From Azolla caroliniana (lineage: Eukaryota; Plantae; Polypodiophyta): 14,992 bases of DNA. Below the pieces are notes generated by a model. It was not told where the DNA came from. It was given only the letters and a program-made list of their open reading frames with translations, and did not search any database. The DNA lies in assembly GCA_043228905.1 (NCBI GenBank), contig JBHGNT010000823.1, forward strand, positions 1 to 14,992, written 5' to 3'. Both the position numbers and the translations under genes were made by a program. Numbering within the stretch: the stretch's first letter is position 1; the number at the start of each line of letters is the position of its first letter. Shown here one piece after another: positions 9,522-14,992 of the stretch.

Positions 9522-9920
9522 AGGTGTGGAAAAGCTTTCATATTTCTCCGTTATAGACGCAAAAATGGAGACAACATCTATATCGAGTTTTGATTGATGA
9601 CTAACATCTAATGCTGAATGTCAAGCCTACAACATTGCAGATATATTATATTAGTGAGCATTGTCATATTCACGATTTTATATAGGGATGATGTTTAGAC
9701 GAATAACGGGTTACAACGAACGGAGGTATAGCTTAAAGATAAATAAATAGATTGGATTATATTTGACCTCTGAGACAAACAATATTTCATTTCACGTAAT
9801 AAGGGTGAATGTGAGCACTAGATCTAGATGTTCAACACCTTCTCCCATGAATGTTGCAATGGAGACCAAACATTGCGATTGTGAATGGAATTTATGCAAA
9901 GAAAGCATAGTTGAAATTGC

Positions 9921-10018
9921 AACCAACTGTCGGATTCGATATGTCGGATTGTAACCAACAACCTAAGGATGGCAATCAACAACACAATCCTCCGCTCTAC
10001 CAACTAAGCTAAGGTGAA
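9921..10018 (-). pseudogene. Degenerate tRNA-Tyr-derived copy, long type, +14 bp variant
   Basis: Paralogue of 3602-3699. Confidence 0.85.
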
Positions 10019-10469
10019 AGTTGTGTGAAAGACTTCGTATTCATCCAATCTAGAAGCAACTAAGCTAAGGTCTACCAACTAAGCTTCCATATTTCTCAAT
10101 TATAGACGCAAAAATGGGCACAACATCTATACCAAGTTTTGATTGATGAATAACATGTAAAGCTGAATGTCAAGCCTGCAACATTGCAGATATATTATAT
10201 TAGTGAGCATTGTCAGATGCTGGATTTTATATAGGGATGATGTTTAGACGAACAAAGGGTTACAACGAACGGAGGTATTGCTTAAAGATAGATAGATAGA
10301 TTGTATTATATTTGACTTCTGAGACGACCAATATTTCATTTCAAGTAATAAAGGTGAAAGTGAGCACTAGATCTAGATGTTTAACACCTTTTCCCATGAA
10401 TGTTGCAATGGAGACCAAACATTGCGATTTTGACAGGACTTTATGCAAACAAAGCATAGTTGAAATTGC

Positions 10470-10553
10470 AACCAACTGTCGGATTGTAACCAATGACCTA
10501 AGGACAGAAATCAACAACACAATCCTCCGCTCTACCAACTAAGCTAAGCTGAA
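10470..10553 (-). pseudogene. Degenerate tRNA-Tyr-derived copy, long type
   Basis: Matches 1837-1920 at +8633 bp. Confidence 0.85.
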
Positions 10554-10992
10554 AGTTGTGTGAAAGACTTCGTATTCATCCAATATAAAAGCAATGATGG
10601 ATGGATGTTCCTAGCGACAACGCAACATGAATAACATGTTTCCATTGATAGCTTAAATATAATACTTGATTTCAAGCTTGCAATGTTGCAAACCTATCAT
10701 ATGGTTTAGAGGAAAATCAAATTTTTGATTTAATAAAGGGAGGATACTCCGATAAACGGGAAGTGACAAAGAACGGAGGTGTTGTGCAAAGATAAATCGA
10801 TAGATTCTATTAGGTGTGACATTTAAGACGAAATTAATATTTCATTCTACATAATAAAGGTAAAAATGACCATTACATCTAAATGTAAACTACCTTTACC
10901 GATGAATGTTGCAATGCAGAGTGCACATTGCCATTGTAAAAGGAATTTATGCAAGGAAATCATAAAAGCTGAAATAGCGAGCAACTTCGAGT

Positions 10993-11076
10993 TCCGACCT
11001 GTCGGATTTGAACCAACGACCTAAGGATGACAATGAACACTACAGTCCTCCGCTCTACCAACTGAGCTAAGATCGG
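10993..11076 (-). tRNA. tRNA-Tyr: tRNA-Tyr(GTA) copy 10, 11-nt intron
   Basis: Same sequence as copy 6 (T5.G68). Confidence 0.9.
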
Positions 11077-11756
11077 AGGTGTGGAAAAGCTTCCATATTT
11101 CTCAATTATAGACGCAAAAATGGACACAACATCTATACCAGGTTTTGATTAATGACTAACATGTAATGCTGAATGTCAAGCTTCCAACATTGCAGATATA
11201 TTATATTAGTGACCATTGTGAGATGCTGGATTTTATATAGGGAAGATGTTTAGATGAACAAGGGGTTACAACGAACGGAGATACTACTTAAAGATAGATA
11301 GATAGATTGTATTATATTTGACCTCTAAGACGACAAATATTTCATTTCAAGTAATGAGGGTGAAAGGGAGCACTAGATCTACATGTTCAACACCTTTTCC
11401 CATGAATGTTGCAATGGAGACCACACATTGCGATTGTGAAAGGAATTTATGCAAAGAAAGCATAGTTGAAATTGCAACCAGCTGTCGGATTATAACCAAC
11501 GACCTAAGGATGGCAATCAACGGGAAGTGACAAAGAACGGAGGTGTTGTGCAAAGCTAAATTGATAGATTCTATTAGGTGTGACATTTAAGACGGAATTT
11601 ATATTTCATTCTACATAATAAAGGTAAAAATGACCATTACATCTACATGTAAAACACCTTTACCGAAGCATGTTGCAATACAAAGTGCACATTGCCATTG
11701 GAAAAGGAATTTATGCAAGGAAATCATAAAAGCTGAAATCGCAAGCAACTTCGAGT

Positions 11757-11840
11757 TCCGATCTGTCGGATTTGAACCAACGACCTAAGGATGACAATAA
11801 ACACTACAGTCCTCCGCTCTACCAACTGAGCTAAGATCGG
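11757..11840 (-). tRNA. tRNA-Tyr: tRNA-Tyr(GTA) copy 11, 11-nt intron
   Basis: Same sequence as copy 2 (T5-A68). Confidence 0.9.
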
Positions 11841-12234
11841 AGGTGTGGAAAAGCTTCCATATTTCTCAATTATAGACGCAAAAGTGGACATCTATACCAA
11901 GTTTTGATTAATGACTAACATGTAATGCTGAATGTCAAGCTTCCAACATTGCAGATATATTATATTAGTGAGCATTGTCAGATGCTGGATTTTATATAGG
12001 GATGATGTTTAGACGAACAAGGGGTTACAACGAACGGAGGTATTGCTAAAAGATAGATGGATAGATTGTATTATATTTGACCTCTGAGACGAACAATATT
12101 TCATTTCACGTAATAAGGGTGAAAGTGAGAACTAGATCTTGATGTTCAACACCTTTTCCCATGAATGTTGCAATGGAGACCAAACATTGCGATTGTGAAA
12201 GGAATTTATACAAACAAAGCATAGTTGAAATTGC

Positions 12235-12332
12235 AACCAACTGTCGGATTCGATATGTCGGATTGTAACCAACAACCTAAGGATGGAAATCAACAACACA
12301 ATCCTCCGCTCTAACAACTAAGCTAAGCTGAA
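12235..12332 (-). pseudogene. Degenerate tRNA-Tyr-derived copy, long type, +14 bp variant
   Basis: Matches 3602-3699 at +8633 bp. Confidence 0.85.
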
Positions 12333-12771
12333 AGTTGTGTGAAAGAATTCGTATTCATCCAATATAGAAGCAATGATGGATGGATGTTCCTAGCGACAAC
12401 GCAACATGAATAACCTGTTTCCATTGATAGCTTACATATAATACTTGATTTCAAGCTTGCAATATTGCAAACCTGTTCAATGGTTTATAGCAAAGTAAAA
12501 TTTTCGATTTAATAAAGGGACAATACTCAGATCAACGGGAAGTGACAAATAACGCAGGTGTTGTGCAAAGATAAATCGATAGATTCTATTAGGTGTGACA
12601 TTTAAGACGGAATTTATATTTCATTCTACATAATAAAGGTAAAAATGACCATTACATCTACATGTAAAACACCTTTACCGATGAATGTTGCAATGCAGAG
12701 TGCACATTGCTATTGGAAAAGGAATTTATGCAAAGAAATCATAAAAGATGAAATCACAAGCAACTTCGAGT

Positions 12772-12855
12772 TCCGACCTGTCGGATTTGAACCAACGACC
12801 TAAGGATGACAATGAACACTACAGTCCTCCGCTCTACCAACTGAGCTAAGGTCGG
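12772..12855 (-). tRNA. tRNA-Tyr: tRNA-Tyr(GTA) copy 12, canonical acceptor stem
   Basis: Same sequence as copy 9 (C5-G68). Confidence 0.95.
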
Positions 12856-13254
12856 AGGTGTGGAAAAGCTTCCATATTTCTCCGTTATAGACGCAAAAAT
12901 GGAGACAACATTTATATCGAGTTTTGATTGATGACTAACATCTAATGCTGAATGTCAAGCCTACAACATTGCAGATATATTATATTAGTGAGCATTGTCA
13001 TATTCACGATTTTATATAGGGATGATGTTTAGACGAATAACGGGTTACAACGAACGGAGGTATAGCTTAAAGATAGATAAATAGATTGGATTATATTTGA
13101 CCTCTGAGACAAACAATATTTCATTTCACGTAATAAGGGTGAATGTGAGCACTAGATCTAGATGTTCAACACCTTCTCCCATGAATGTTGGAATGGAGAC
13201 CAAACATTGCGATTGTGAATGGAATTTATGCAAAGAAAGCATAGTTGAAATTGC

Positions 13255-13352
13255 AACCAACTGTCGGATTCGATATGTCGGATTGTAACCAACAACATAA
13301 GGATGGCAATCAACAACACAATCCTCCGCTCTAACAACTAAGCTAAGCTGAA
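13255..13352 (-). pseudogene. Degenerate tRNA-Tyr-derived copy, long type, +14 bp variant
   Basis: Paralogue of 9921-10018 at +3334 bp. Confidence 0.85.
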
Positions 13353-13791
13353 AGTTGTGTGAAAGACTTCGTATTCATCCAATATAGAAGCAATGATGGA
13401 AGGATGTTCCTAGGGACAACGCAACATGAATAACATGTTTCCATTGATAGCTTACATATAATACTTGATTTCGAGCTTGCAATATTGCAAACCTGTTCAA
13501 TGGTTTATAGCAAAGTCAAATTTTCGATTTAATAAAGGGACAATACTCAGATAAACGGGAAGTGACAAAGAACGGAGGTGTTGTGCAAAGATAAATCGAT
13601 AGATTCTATTAGGTGTGACATTTAAGACGAAATTTATATTTCATTCTACATAATAAAGGTAAAAATGACCATTACCTCTACATGTAAAACACCTTTGCCG
13701 AAGAATGTTGCAATGCAGAGTGCACATTGCTATTGGAAAAGGAATTTATGCAAGGAAATCATAAAAGCTGAAATCACAAGCAACTTCGAGT

Positions 13792-13875
13792 TCCGACCTG
13801 TTAGATTTGTACCAACGACCTAAGGATTACAATGAACACTACAGTCCTCCGCTCTACCAACTAAGCTAAGGTCGG
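13792..13875 (-). pseudogene. tRNA-Tyr: tRNA-Tyr copy 13; likely pseudogene
   Basis: B box is broken (GGTACAAATCT; T55>A, C62>T). Also G63>A and C13>T. Confidence 0.8.
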
Positions 13876-14555
13876 AGGTGTGGAAAAGCTTCCATATTTC
13901 TCAATTATAGACGCAAAAATGGACACAACATTTATACCAAGTTTTGATTGATGACTAACATCTAATGTTGAATGTGAAGCCTACAACATTGTAAATATAT
14001 TTTATTAGTTACCATTGTTAGATTTTCGATTTTATATAGGGATGATGTTTAGACGAACAAGGGGTTACAATGAACAGATGTATATCTTAAAGATAGATAG
14101 ATAGATTGTATTATATTTGACATCTGAGACGAACAATATTTCATTTAACGTAATAAGGGTGAAAGTGAGCACTCGATCTAGATGTTCAACACCTTTTCCC
14201 ATGAATGTTGCAATGGAGACCACACATTGCGATTCTGAAAGGAATCTATGCAAAGAAAGCATAGTTGAAATTGCAACCAACTGTCGGATTGTAACCAAAG
14301 ACCTAAGGATGGCAATGAACGGGAAGTGACAAAGAGCGGAGGTGTCGTGCAAAGATAAATCGATTGATTCTATTAGGTGTGACATTTAAGACAGAATTTA
14401 TATTTTATTATACATAATAAAGGTAAAAATGACCATTACATCTACATGTAAAACACCTTTATCGAAGAATGTTGCAATGCAAAGTGCACATTGCCATTGG
14501 TAAAGGAATTTATGCAAGGAAATCATAAAAGCTGAAATTGCAAGCAACTTCGAGT

Positions 14556-14639
14556 TCCGACCTGTCAGATTTGAACCAACGACCTAAGGATGACAGTGAA
14601 CACTACAGTCCTCCGCTCTACCAACTGAGCTAAGGGCCC
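14556..14639 (-). pseudogene. tRNA-Tyr: tRNA-Tyr copy 14; acceptor stem disrupted
   Basis: The 5' strand GGGCCCT cannot pair fully with AGGTCGG. Also C62>T. Confidence 0.8.
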
Positions 14640-14992
14640 AAGTGTGGGTAAGCTTGCATATTTCTTAATTATAGACGCAAAAATGGACACAACATTTATA
14701 CCGAGTTTTGATTGATGACTAACATGTAATGTTGAATGTCAAGCCTACAACATTGCAGATATATTATATTAGTGACCATTGTCAAATTTTCGATTTTATA
14801 TAGGGATGATGTTTAGACGAACAACGGGTTACAACGAACGGAGGTATATCTTAAAGATAGATAGATAGATTGTATTATATTTGACCTCTGAGACGAACAA
14901 TATTTCATTTCACGTAATAAGGGTGAAAGTGAGCACTAGATCTAGATGTTCAACACCTTTTCCCATGAATGTTGCAATGGAGACCACACAGT

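Larger units (their letters stand above)
10320..12800 (+). repeat. Recent higher-order duplicate of ~1687-4167 (offset 8633 bp)
   Basis: Three tRNAs and three pseudo-copies sit at exactly +8633 bp. Shared private variants include aggacttta, aaggacagaaatc, aaactacct, ccagctgtcgg, gctaaaagatagatgg and aatttatac. Confidence 0.9.
1687..14992 (-). repeat. Tandem tRNA-Tyr gene/pseudogene array with long (~1001-1020 bp) and short (~764 bp) units; continues beyond the window
   Basis: Spacings between full-length genes are 764, 1015, 1000, 768, 1001, 764, 1001, 765, 1555, 764, 1015, 1020 and 764 bp. Spacers are highly similar between units. Confidence 0.98.

Noticed and set aside
1708-14385. Recurrent 60-106 aa ORFs on both strands (MTSKTTNISF..., MSHLIESI..., MVERRIVLL...)
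   Set aside because: They overlap spacer and pseudo-tRNA sequence, vary in start, stop and frame between units, and show no recognisable domain. Their recurrence only reflects the DNA repeat.
1687-14992. CRISPR-like or other prokaryotic repeat-spacer array
   Set aside because: The whole unit is repeated, there are no unique spacers or cas genes, and the context is eukaryotic.

Overview
Eukaryotic, almost certainly land-plant nuclear DNA with two parts. (1) 1-1488, minus strand: a decayed, 5'-truncated Ty1/copia LTR retrotransposon. It has gag, a CCHC knuckle, a DSG protease and a GAG-pre-integrase motif in one frame with five premature stops. (2) ~1687 to the window end: a head-to-tail tandem array of intron-containing tRNA-Tyr(GTA) genes on the minus strand. 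The array has 14 full-length genes of 84 bp (73 nt plus an 11-nt intron); about 8 look fully intact. They alternate with degenerate copies (9 long, 6 truncated) in ~1001-1020 bp and ~764 bp units. These units derive from an ancestral ~500 bp monomer and show higher-order periods of 1765, 3334 and 8633 bp. The short ORFs across the array are repeat artefacts. All alignments were done by eye.
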